Assembly (NCBI GenBank): GCA_043228905.1
Contig: JBHGNT010000011.1
Location: 20,770,001-20,834,000, forward strand
DNA from: Azolla caroliniana
Taxonomy: Eukaryota > Plantae > Polypodiophyta
DNA length: 64,000 nt
Direction of reading: 5' to 3'
Positions 53,225 to 64,000 of the stretch are shown in pieces. The notes below the pieces were generated by a model. That model did not search any database. It saw nothing but the letters and a program-made list of their open reading frames with translations, and was not told the origin of the DNA. The position numbers and the translations under genes are program-made. Each line of letters opens with the position of its first letter. The first letter of the stretch is position 1.

Positions 53225-55778
53225 TACTAATGTACTGGTTGGAGATGGTTTCACCAATGTGGACACTACATGATTTTTCTCTTGGCTGAATCACACAATT
53301 TGAGGACTAAAAGAGCCTTTTGATTATGTGAATGGAATGGAATCCCTGCCCTTGTGGGTGATACCTGAAGCTATTAATTGATACATGCAAAGATGAATGT
53401 CTGGTTTGGAAACTTGCATTTATGAATTAAACCCTGGAAAGCTCGGCATTGGCAATTTGATCTTCATGATCATAATGGGTTTGTATTGTAATTGGGATTG
53501 AGAGATATTTGGCAGGCTTACTTTTCTTTCCCTCATTTGAGAAAGTATAGATTTTGTACCTTTTCAAACGGTATCACTCTCTTTTGTTCAACTATGTGCA
53601 ATGTTCTCATTGTGGGTTATATATTATTGGTAGGTGACGATCTTTTTTCTCTGTATTGTATGCAAGCATCCATTTTATTTACATCATTATGGTTCACTGC
53701 ATACTTGTGCTTAACTTAATATGTATAAAATCCTTCTATGGCATTAGTTGGATACCTGCTTGATGTTCATTGACTCAATAGTGATTGACATCCACGGAGT
53801 TGCATCAAACTTGCAGAAAAGGGAGGCTTGATCAGCAAACTTCTGCAAATCTTTCTACAAAGTACTAGGAGTAAATGTTGGTATCAAAACAATTGATTTG
53901 GGGCCTTATTCCTCATTCTTTTAAGTGATATTATGTATAATTTTCTTGTGATATCCACATGCTGAAACATGGCCACAATATCTACACAATCCATTTGTTA
54001 AATACATACCTTTTTATTCATAATTGATTCTGTTATTGGTGTAAGAGAGAGCTTTTATTATTGTGTCTAGAAGTCAAATATGACCTGTAGGACAGTGAAA
54101 ATGGAGATTAGTGACTCTTGATGCTCAAATTTTTTTGCTTGACATATGTTGTAATTGAGAGTGCACATTGCGATTGACAGAATTTTGAGTAGATATTTGT
54201 ACTCACATGTGGAGAACAATCTCAAATGAGTCTCTGCACTTCTGATACGAAATTCATCTCACATTGAATGTGAGCTAAGTCATATGTAGGCAATAGTACA
54301 AATGGCAGGCAAGGGAGGTGGGTCTCTAGCCAAAATGGTGGATAAGTATGATTTGTCCATTTGAACAAAAGGATTTTGCAGTTTAGAACATACGTAACAC
54401 AGCATGTGAACCTTGAAATCTCTGCATGGTCCTCAAACATTGGTGATGGAAACGAAGCCTCCATGGAAGATACTATCTAGCATTTAAAAAACCAGATCTG
54501 CATAATTGCAGATAAATTTCGATACAATTATTCTTTGGTATATTGTGAAATATCATGAGACAATGACCAAAGAAAATTCATGGGATTAAGCAACAAGGGC
54601 CAGTAACCTCCTTGAAAATTGATTTGCATGTATAAGTGAAAAAGTGAAAAAGAATGATAAGTGATCATTGCAAGTGTAGTGTCATTGCTGAAAATTCTCA
54701 GCCAAGAAATGTGAGTGCATCTCTCCAAATAAACATATGGGGAGCATCAGAGACTAAAGGATTATATAAAAGAATTCCATTTATTCAATCACATGGTAGC
54801 TTACATTTTGAGAAATGCAGCCATGCATCAAAATTCACTTCCAAATTTCATATAGGTCAGGAATTCAGTTGAATGATGATAGACTTATTGTTAACATTTA
54901 GTTGAATAGGAATCAAAGTCTCACATCTTGGCTAGGCATGCTGTAAAATGTGAAGGCAAAAATATAAGTTATACATTCTATTACCTAAAAAATCAATGCT
55001 CAGAACACTAATCATCCCCATCTCTAAAATTGTGTAATGCCAGTACAAAGAAAACACACAAAAAATGTTATCTTCACTAAGACCCCCAAAAACTTATCCA
55101 ACTACAAATTAAAATCCTCCATATACTGTTTTTACTGGAAGAATCAATTTCTTTACTGAAGCTTTTTTCACAACCATTTTCTGTATATAAATAAAGAAGC
55201 AATCATAGATCATTTTGCACAACTCTCTTGCTCTCGCTCTTGGTCATATTTGACATTGGATGATAACAATAAAATCTATCCATATACTTATCACTTAATG
55301 ACGAAGTGGATAGACAGGATGCAATAGTACTGGATCCAGTAGTGTGTACCCATCACTCAAAACCATTGGAGCCAAGAAAACAGAATTTTCAGTTTGGTGC
55401 CATTGACACCTAAAAAATCTATTCAAATTTTTACAATCGATGATCAAATAAAATTTTGAGACAGCTTTCTCTCTACAGTAAATCTCTAAAGGCAATGGCA
55501 AAATTGGAGAAGGATGGATGAGGCATTATCATATCATGGTACATACAATGTTGACTCTTATGTATAGAGATGAGAAAATGGACCCTGCACCACCATCAAG
55601 AGAACCCATCGTCAAATATAAAATCTGAACTAGAATCTGTCCTCTTTTTCTCTTCGTGTGCAACCTGAAACCGAAATTGACACTAATCGATCTGCCTTTC
55701 TGTGTTTTAATTAAGGTGCCTGAATGAGAGGTTAACCTTCTGTATAATAATTAAAAGAGCACAAATAGCTCTCTTTTT

Positions 55779-58700
55779 TTAATGCATCAATCTTGGTTTA
55801 TAACGGAACTGTGCAAGGAGTGCAATATGATCGGAGGACCACTCAGGTGATGGAAGAGCGGTATCTCTTCGCAAACCATCTTCTTCAAGTAACTCCAACA
55901 AAGACTCCACTGCTAGTGAGTCAGCTGGAAAAAAAGATATTGAAAAAAAAGCATATTTAGTTTTTTTGTTTTTGAGTAAGAATGCTATTTAATTTCTTTA
56001 TTTCAATATCATAATAAACTTATTGTAATGAAGACAGGAAATAGCAAATTTCAATATCATAAACAAACATATTGTAATCACAACGGGAAATAGCAAAAAG
56101 AAATAAAGAGCGTTCAGGATTCACAGAGAAAGGACCAAGAACTTAACAAGAAGTACATTCATTACCAGTATAAAATATGTAATCTAAAGTTCCTAGAAAG
56201 TCTCGAGTACAGTTGGTGAACAATGGTTCATTGCTGGATGGATCCAGCTGCCGATGCTGCCTATCTAACCGAGCCAAAGAAGAATAGGCACTTGCCTACA
56301 TCACAAAAAAGTATATATACAATCAAATCAAATCCATTACAGTAGATTTCATTTTTAGGTTTTGGGTTTAAGGCAACTTACTAACTGCAATTGATGGCAT
56401 AGCCTGCTTGTAGGATGCAGAATACCAAGAGGATCGGTTGCCAAATCTGGATGAGATGCATCAACTCTACCCGATGCTAAAAGAGCATGAGGCGCACTGT
56501 TTATTGTTACAGCATTCTTTATCAATATTACTATTAATCAAAGAATAATATTTAATGGGAACTTGTAATAGCTAAATTTTAACAACCTTCCTGGTACAGA
56601 ATTGAAATCACCACATACTAACATAGGTATGTCAGCCCTGGCAGCTATTTTTTCAAGGCCTTTCAGAAGTGTTTGGACCTAGATGGCAAAAATAACAATG
56701 CTGATCACTAAAAAACAGAGAATCTCATTGACTTTGTTTTTTAAGATGTCATGAACATACATACCTGCCATAATTTCACATCCTTCAGTTCTGGATTGGC
56801 ATGAATGTGAGTATTCGCCTGCAGTTACAGAATGCAAAAAACGTTTTTCAGAAAACTCACAAGAAGATTGAAGTCTTGTGTAAGCACATAATTGGGTTCA
56901 AGATTCCTTCATAGTTATTAAGTTGTATGGTAGTGTACACATACTGTTGAAAGCAAGAAATTTTGATTGGGACAATCCTGAGGCCATTATTGCAGAAAAT
57001 CTTACAAAGTAAAGAAACTAACCGCCTCATAGTGTAAAGGCTGAAGAATTGTAAAAAGAAAATGGAAAAACAATTTATCCAATTTGAGAATTTGCCCGCA
57101 ACTCTCCAATATGCATATTATTAGAGAATTGTGTATTTATTTATGATATTTTTTCAAATGCTACTTTCACCATCAATGCATGTCATGATTCATTATTAGC
57201 CTGAGTAGGTATTTAAAAATATATAACCTAGTATTTGAATACAAATAATAAGGTAAGGAGCATATGGATTTCCATTATTTTTGGTACTTATAGAAAGATA
57301 AATGTACCTGAATTCTTATTCATTGAGAATTTATGCATGTTTGTGTTATAGGCATAGCTTTAAGAACTAGTATTAAAGGCTAACTCTAATGGGTTTAAAG
57401 GTATGATAAGATGGAAACAGGTAAATCTATGACATGGGACTAGCAGTTTAGGAGCCTAAAGAGTTTTAATATACAAATACACCTATGCCACGGCATCTCA
57501 AAGACACTCTTCAAATTCTACTGGTGAGGCAAAGTTCACATATTTTGGATCACGGTCTGCTAGTCCTCCAAGATATAATACAGGGCCACATTCGGGGGCA
57601 TGGAATGTCAATTGGGTTTTTTGAATTTATATCTAGTCCTTTGCTCGGGGATTGTTGGTGTGGTTAAACATCCTAATATTGCTTATCATTGTTATTGATC
57701 ATAACAGTTTTTATTCGTGTTCTTTTTTTCATTTTTTTTCATTTGGAATCGATCATAATAGTTTGTATGCTGGCTTCGTTTTTTGTTTATTTGGAAATAT
57801 ATTTTCTTTTAACTCTAGAATCTTAGCATAGTTTGAATGATTCTTTGATCAAGTTGAAATGCGCTTCTATACTACATGCTTGAACATGATGTATAAGGTT
57901 GTTACCAGATATTTCGCATACTTAAATTTGCTTCACTTTTTTTAATGGCTAAGTTCAACAATCTCTCTGGAGCTCATGTTAAGCCCTTGTTAAATGCCCA
58001 TCTAATCTATTGCGATATATTTTTATATAATTGAATAGAGGTATATAGCATTAAAGAAAGGAAGGAGGAGAGGATTCATAGAAATCTCACCACGCAAAGT
58101 AATTGACGCTTTGCAGGTGAAGAGCCCTCAGAGTTATAGCTTGAATCACGAGCTTCAAGCACAACAATGAGAGCCACATTGTCCTGTAATCATAATAGGA
58201 AAAAACATTAAGGCATCTAATCTTCTACTGAATATGTGCAAAACTGTCTTTTATGTTTAAAACTAACTTAAAATACCTTCAAAAGTCTACTTAAGGCAGC
58301 CTTCTTTTGCGCAAGAGGAATCGCAGTTTCTGTCAAAGACTGTGCTGCCTTATTAAACTCAACCTGATACATTAACAAGAAACAAGTTCTCCACATAATT
58401 CTTTTCTTTTTCTTCATGGATGCATAAATATTAAGTTTCATATCAGTAAAACAAAATACATTTTTAAATTCTTGTTTACCTCATATTTCTTCACTAATGT
58501 GAAGCAATCTCGGCGGAAAAAGGTAGCACATCCATCATTCGCATAAGCTGTTCCTGTATACACCTGTACGCAAATTCTCACACCTTAATAACGGTGACTA
58601 ATGGGGGATAAACTCAGGTAGACACAGTCCTCTAGTCGTGCTCTCTCCTTCGGTCTCTCTCTATGTATAGGCAAAGCACAAGTGGTGAAGAAGATGAATA

Positions 58701-61700
58701 TGACGAAGGAAATGATTATGCAGATGAGCAACAACAGTAACAGGGGCGTGGTGTATTCTCTAGATTTTTATCCCAGCCTTTGGAAATGCCTTTATAGACT
58801 AACCCCCATTCACAATGTGCAACTCCTCACCAACGCAATGTGCTAGGTCCACACCTATGCCTAAGGATGTCTCGGAATGGTCCCACGACAATTAAGGTCA
58901 TGACACTACTCGTGCCTAAGAGTAGGTACAAGCTTGGGAAAAGATCCAGTCAACCAAGTTCCACCGACTCTCAAGATGTGCCATTAAAACTCCACAGTAC
59001 AATAATGCAAAAGAAACTCTCTTTACATAGTGCAAATGCAAACATGTCATGAATCATCATGAAACATATGACGATGTTCAAGCTCAGTCATGCATCAAAT
59101 GTTTCCCCCCAAATGCACTGAGTTTTTATTATTCCCTCTCAGCTGACTCCCTGAGAGAAGAGAGGAGGGATAGAAAGAAAGAAAGATATATTAACGCCTT
59201 TTAAGAGGCCAAAATGGCCTATAAGACTGAACAAGAGATTACATCTGAAGTGTTGTCTTGCTTTTGAGAAAAAAACAAAACAAAATAAAGAAATGTTATT
59301 AAATAAAAAAAGTAAATAAGATAAAAAGAGACCAAAGAATCGTGTTATCGGTACAAGTAAGATTCTCAAGCCACACATATTGTAATTTTTGTCTTCAAAA
59401 TATCTCTAGCATAGGTCAATCCGGAATGGAGAGGTCTTCGAAATGAGAGAAGCACTACCATAGCGGGAGATAATGGCCTTTATCTGTCAATCTACGATGA
59501 CAATGGTGGTGAGATCGTGGTCCATGGGACCAAGGCCTACATGCACAAAAAATTTCTATTGCCCGATCTATTGTAATCCCTTTGTTATATCCTGGTCATG
59601 ATTGACTTGTATGAATAGGAGTGAAGGAGCTAAAAAATGTTATAATCGTTCTTTGTTGATGAGCTCGTGTGACTGTACTACTGTCCTTTAATAACGTTCC
59701 CTATGTCTCTTGAGTTCTAGCAAGAAAAGTCGTAAGCATTATTGGTCCTCATATTCCATTACCTTGCGTAGTAGCCAAAGCCTTGTCTGAAGAGGCAATG
59801 GTATCTCTTCTTATTTCACAAAAAACGCTATAGTGATAAACATAGTGTTCATCAAATTCCACTCCCTAACGACACAATTCGGAAACTCTTTCTTCTACAG
59901 GTATTCATGTGTATCTAAGTGATGTGGTGAAGTTTGCAGCTGCCCTATAACACAGCCCAATGCATAGGATAGATTTATGTGCATATAAGATGGCGTAATG
60001 ATAAATACATCCTCTCATGTGTGTAAAAAGCGTCTTATAGTGGGCCATCTTCTTACCAACTGATATTTTGGGGGTGATCCATGTTATCTTGTTTTCCAGG
60101 TTAATATCAGTTCCGATCACTCTATTCTCTGAGAGGTTAGGATGTTCTGCCTCGGGAAACTTTAGCAAATAAACTGCATGGGGCTATTTTAGTTATATAA
60201 CAAAAGGTAGTGTTTTATGTTATAATTATTAAGAGGGCAAAAAACTCTGGAATGCTTGTGAGTTTGAAACTTTCTTTCTTTCTCAAAATATCCCTGATTT
60301 TTTTTATTTTCCCAGAGGTCAGTGGGGAATCCCACATACATACATATACATATACATATATGTATGTATGTATGTATGTATATGTATCTATATATCTGTG
60401 TGTGTGTGTGTATGCATGTATATATATGTGTATATAATCTGGGCAAAGATGGGAGCAGCCCCTATGATCATTGAGGCATTATTCCAATGAGGGATCTGTA
60501 TCCAACGGCTTTGGCAGCTCCCTAAAGGAAAGCACATTCATTGCTGGTATTGTTGAAATGAAACAATGGTTCGAGTCACATGACATAAGCATAAAAACAC
60601 TACCCTCATTACAATATAGCTTGGATTATCCCCATCTAAACATTTATATCTAGGAATACTCTTGGGCAATGTGATTCCACCTTTGACTTTTGTATCTTGT
60701 GGATTTTTTCTACTTGATCTGCATATTTCAAGGAATTATTTAAATACATGTTACATTACTGCTGGAGAATGTCCAACCTATGAAATTTTCTCTTTAAGAG
60801 AAAAACATAGGTGTTACTCTAAGAAGACATATAATTATTATTTGGCTTCTTGTTAATAAGAAAGATAAACAAAACAAAAACCTCCACACAAAAGAGAAGA
60901 AGTGAATAGCTGCCCCTCACACCATTTTTGCATGGTCCCAAATGAAAAACAGTTTTTCGAAATAAAAATTTTTTCACTGACTTTGAGTATAATTTACACC
61001 AAGGAAAATGAGGAAAATGATGCAGAGGATTTTGCCGTTTTGGGCAAGCCAAAAATAGTTTTCTAACAAGGACATGCACCTATAGCTTTACATATATCAA
61101 TCAATATGTTTACCTCTGTAGTTTTCTTTTTGTAGACACCAATATATCCATGTTTGTCCAGCTCAGGTGCAAAAAATTCCTCATAATGATCACTTTGGAC
61201 CTGTAACAACCAGAATATACCTTTGTTAACAACTAACCAAATTTCCATAATGACATATTGATAGCTTTTTTTGACAAATGCATTCACCTCTTGGAGACAC
61301 AAGATGTTTGCCCGATACCCAACAATTTCACGAAGAAGATTTTGTCTCCTATAAGTCCAAGATAAAGCCCAAGGAGGACAATAGCTATACATTTCCCCTG
61401 TTGCATAGAGATCGGCCAGCACATTATATGATAAAACTGTAAATGTTCCCGCCGCTGAAGTATGATTTTCAGAGTCTAAACCCAGTAATCCATCCACATA
61501 ACTGAGAGGAATCATTCGCCTCGGTGTGGGTGAAGGTGCAGGAATCACTCTAGCAGTAAGTAAAGTGCTTGCCGGAGCAACCCCTTGCCCAGTACTTAAC
61601 TCTATTGCAGTACATTCCAGTTTCAATACATGGCCGATATCATCCGCAGATGGTGTATATGTTCTGTTTCTGCCTACTTCGTACCATGTTTCTCCACCTC

Positions 61701-62023
61701 CGCTCCGATCTGATACAAGAACAGGTACAGTAGAGCCATTGCTTAGCCCCAACAATGTTGCTCCAACCACTGAATTCACAGAACTACTCCCATTGAAGCT
61801 ACCGAATAGCTCTTCTTCTTCCAATCCATTCTCTTGAGCGACGTTCGCTGCACGTGCATGCAACGACCTGTGCTGCCTCCATGAATCAGCAAAACATTCA
61901 GGCGAGCAATGATAGCTTTTACTAATTGTTTTTGCCTTGACACATCCTAAACACTGCAAGGTTGCTGGTTCTGATGGATGTACACTGCATACTACAGCCC
62001 CCTTGTCACTTTGGATGCGGTAC
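55779..62023 (-). CDS. CCR4: Carbon catabolite repressor 4 homolog (CCR4a/b-type EEP deadenylase), 3' ten exons; first coding exon(s) outside window
   Basis: Exons 62023-61288, 61200-61114, 58563-58480, 58363-58277, 58183-58091, 56818-56765, 56678-56587, 56496-56382, 56295-56166 and 55924-55779 splice in frame. Features: MYND-like zinc finger (CSVHP...QCLGC...HCSPECFADSWRQH), SYNVLAD, LCLQEVQ, DGCATFF, ANTHIH, CGDFNS, LDYIFY, SSDH. Confidence 0.96.
58592..60167 (-). mobile_element. Solo LTR (~1576 bp) in a CCR4 intron
   Basis: Flanked by identical 5-bp TSD AATAA (58587-58591 and 60168-60172). On the minus strand it starts TGCTAAAG and ends ...GTCACCG (CA read as CG). TATA-like TCTATAAA on the minus strand near 58790. 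No coding domains. Confidence 0.75.
60335..60437. repeat. Compound (TACA)/(TATG)/(TG)n microsatellite in a CCR4 intron
   Basis: Directly visible. Confidence 0.9.
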
Positions 62024-62599
62024 CTGGATAAACAAAAACAACCAAACAGAAATCCATGCCCTGTTAATATGAATTAATAACATGATCAAAATACAATTGG
62101 CAACAGCAATTGCCTACAAACAGCATGTTAGGCTACCAAATTGATCAGTCCAAATGTAACACTCTCTGCAACCAGACCAATTTTACGTACTGAGTTGGTT
62201 TGGCTTCAGATGATAAAAGTAAGCCAATGATGTTTCCAAGGCATGGTTATCTATCTCTCTTCAAACATCAAAATAAGATATTCTTGCAACCCATGAGCTA
62301 AGATACAGAGTTTCGATCTGAACATATTTGGTTGCAGCAACACCGCAGCTAGCCAAACTCTTAATATTTGTTCAACCAGAAAATATTGTTCTTGCAAAGG
62401 AAATGAAAAGCCTAATAGTGTTATGTATCATGAAGCGCCTGTCCCTAACCATTTATTCTTCCTCCTACTATTCCGTTTTTTAATAATTCTTATATTCCTC
62501 AACTATTCAGATGTTTTAGTGATGCAATAACAAAAATAAATATTAAACCATGAGTTTATAATCTGTGTTTGAGATGATTTTATAGAACTAGGGAATCAA

Positions 62600-63870
62600 A
62601 TAAAGCAGTAAAAAATGGCTAAAATCATGAATAAAAAACAAATACTCATTGAAATACAAAATGAGACTAACTGAGGCCAAAACAAGCTTAAAACCAAGAG
62701 TAATACAGAGTTAGGGGGAGATCAGCATCCACGCTTAAGAAGATTTCCTGAACTTAACGAAGCTAAACGATCTTAAATCACAACCATAACAGAAAATTAA
62801 GGGAGCAAAACAGGCAAGCTAATGAAACAAAAAAAGAGTTCAGTTGTGACAGAGACTCAGAAAGCAAATCAGCTTAAACACATCCGCACAACACAGGTTT
62901 GATAACACAGCCTAAACTGACTTAGAGGTGACTCCCACCTCTAGTCTCGAGATGATACTATAGACTTAATGAAGCAAATCAAGCTTAAAATATGACCAAA
63001 ACAAAGACTACACAAGCAGAAGACGTATTAACAATAATCAAAAAACTGACATGAAGGAAAACATAAGAAAACTAGCAACCTAATGAGCAAAACAAAATAA
63101 AATAAAAACCTGTGACCAAATTAACAGATTAATAATAAATCTAAGAGACGTAAGATGCTCAATGACACAAATCAAGCTTCACATATGAGCAAAAAAAAGG
63201 ACGAAATGAGGCAGGACAAGCTTTAAACATAATGAAACAGATGGAGAATTCACGAAGCAAACAGGCCTGTAATGAAAGAAGTAAAACAATGTACCAAACA
63301 CAGACTTGACGATGCAAAACAAGCTTAAAACATAGCTAAGACAAGACATGTAGAAGCATATCATGAGCTAAACTCTGAAACTTAATTTAGCAATTAAAGG
63401 CTTAAAGAACATCCAAAACAGAGACGCGGTGAAATAAATCATGAACAGACTAGAGACTTAATGAAGCAAAATTAAGTTTAATCATGACCAAAACAGACAT
63501 TCTATTAAGCAAAAACAACTCGAACAATAAGCGAAACAAACAGGTGATGAAGCAATTCATGACCAAAACAGAGAAATGATGACGCAATTCATGCTCAAAA
63601 CAGAGACATAATAAAGCCAAAAATGAACAAAACGGAGACACTATGAAGGAAAGTCATGAGCAAATTATAGACCTAATGAAGCAAAAGCAAGCTATGACCA
63701 AAACAGAGAAACAAAAAACTTAGCTTACATTGTGACTAAAACAGAGAAACAAAAACCCAAGCTTACATCATGAGCAAAACAGGGACTTTCATAGTTGAAT
63801 TAAAACAAAAACTTAATTAATATATACAAAACAGAGAGACGAGCTTAAGAAGATCAAATCAAATCAAAAT
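62600..63870. repeat. Long degenerate ~45-bp tandem array in the CCR4 upstream intron, probably part of a TE running off the window
   Basis: Recurrent AGACTTAATGAAGCAAATCAAGCTTAA..CATGACCAAAACAG unit (e.g. ~62960, ~63455, ~63668) with strong A skew on the + strand. Confidence 0.75.
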
Positions 63871-64000
63871 GTAAACAATGTCGTCAATAAGTATCTATGT
63901 GCTGAATTATAAATTAGATTAAATTAATAATGAGCAAAAGACGAAGATAGAGGGAGGAGGTCTAACCATCTATGTTTGAGGAAGAACCCGTCTGAAGGTG

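Noticed and set aside
55753-55780. Terminator-like hairpin right after the CCR4 stop codon
   Set aside because: Short A/T-rich stem, and intrinsic terminators do not apply to Pol II genes.
57480-57690. Possible 3' fragment of a related LINE in a CCR4 intron (FTYFG...PPR)
   Set aside because: Similarity is limited to a few residues, with no clear poly(A) or TSD.
58636-58656. miR156/miR529/miR535-like sequence (GTGCTCTCTCCTTCGGTC)
   Set aside because: Needs gaps to align, has no star arm or hairpin nearby, and lies in the low-complexity end of a solo LTR.

Overview
Land-plant nuclear DNA: AT-rich, short spliceosomal introns, many (CT/GA)n microsatellites. The proteins look like those of a seed-free plant, possibly a fern; this is inference only. 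Five host protein genes are supported: (1) most of a ~50-exon NOT1/CNOT1 gene (+, <1-13676), with two GC-AG introns; (2) a 4-exon filament-like plant protein (FPP/DUF869) gene with a very long low-complexity C-terminus (-, 32748-36941); (3) an intronless U-type oleosin with a non-canonical proline knot and an RY + G-box promoter module (-, 46746-47240); (4) an intronless mTERF4/BSM-like gene with an acidic tail (+, 51410-53224); (5) the 3' ten exons of a plant CCR4 deadenylase (-, 55779-62023, first exon outside the window). The scaffold (NOT1) and one catalytic subunit (CCR4) of the CCR4-NOT complex therefore lie about 42 kb apart, convergently oriented. Intergenic and intronic space holds a 5'-truncated, disabled L1-type LINE with poly(A) and a candidate TSD (20600-26069), a 1.58-kb solo LTR with a 5-bp TSD in a CCR4 intron, MITE- and SINE-like relics, many local tandem duplications and heavily decayed TE remnants. 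I found no convincing wholly new multi-gene system. The best leads are the NOT1-CCR4 linkage, the oleosin knot variant, the FPP disordered tail and a decayed unknown (possibly GNAT-like) gene at 26.5-27.8 kb. All coordinates were read by eye.
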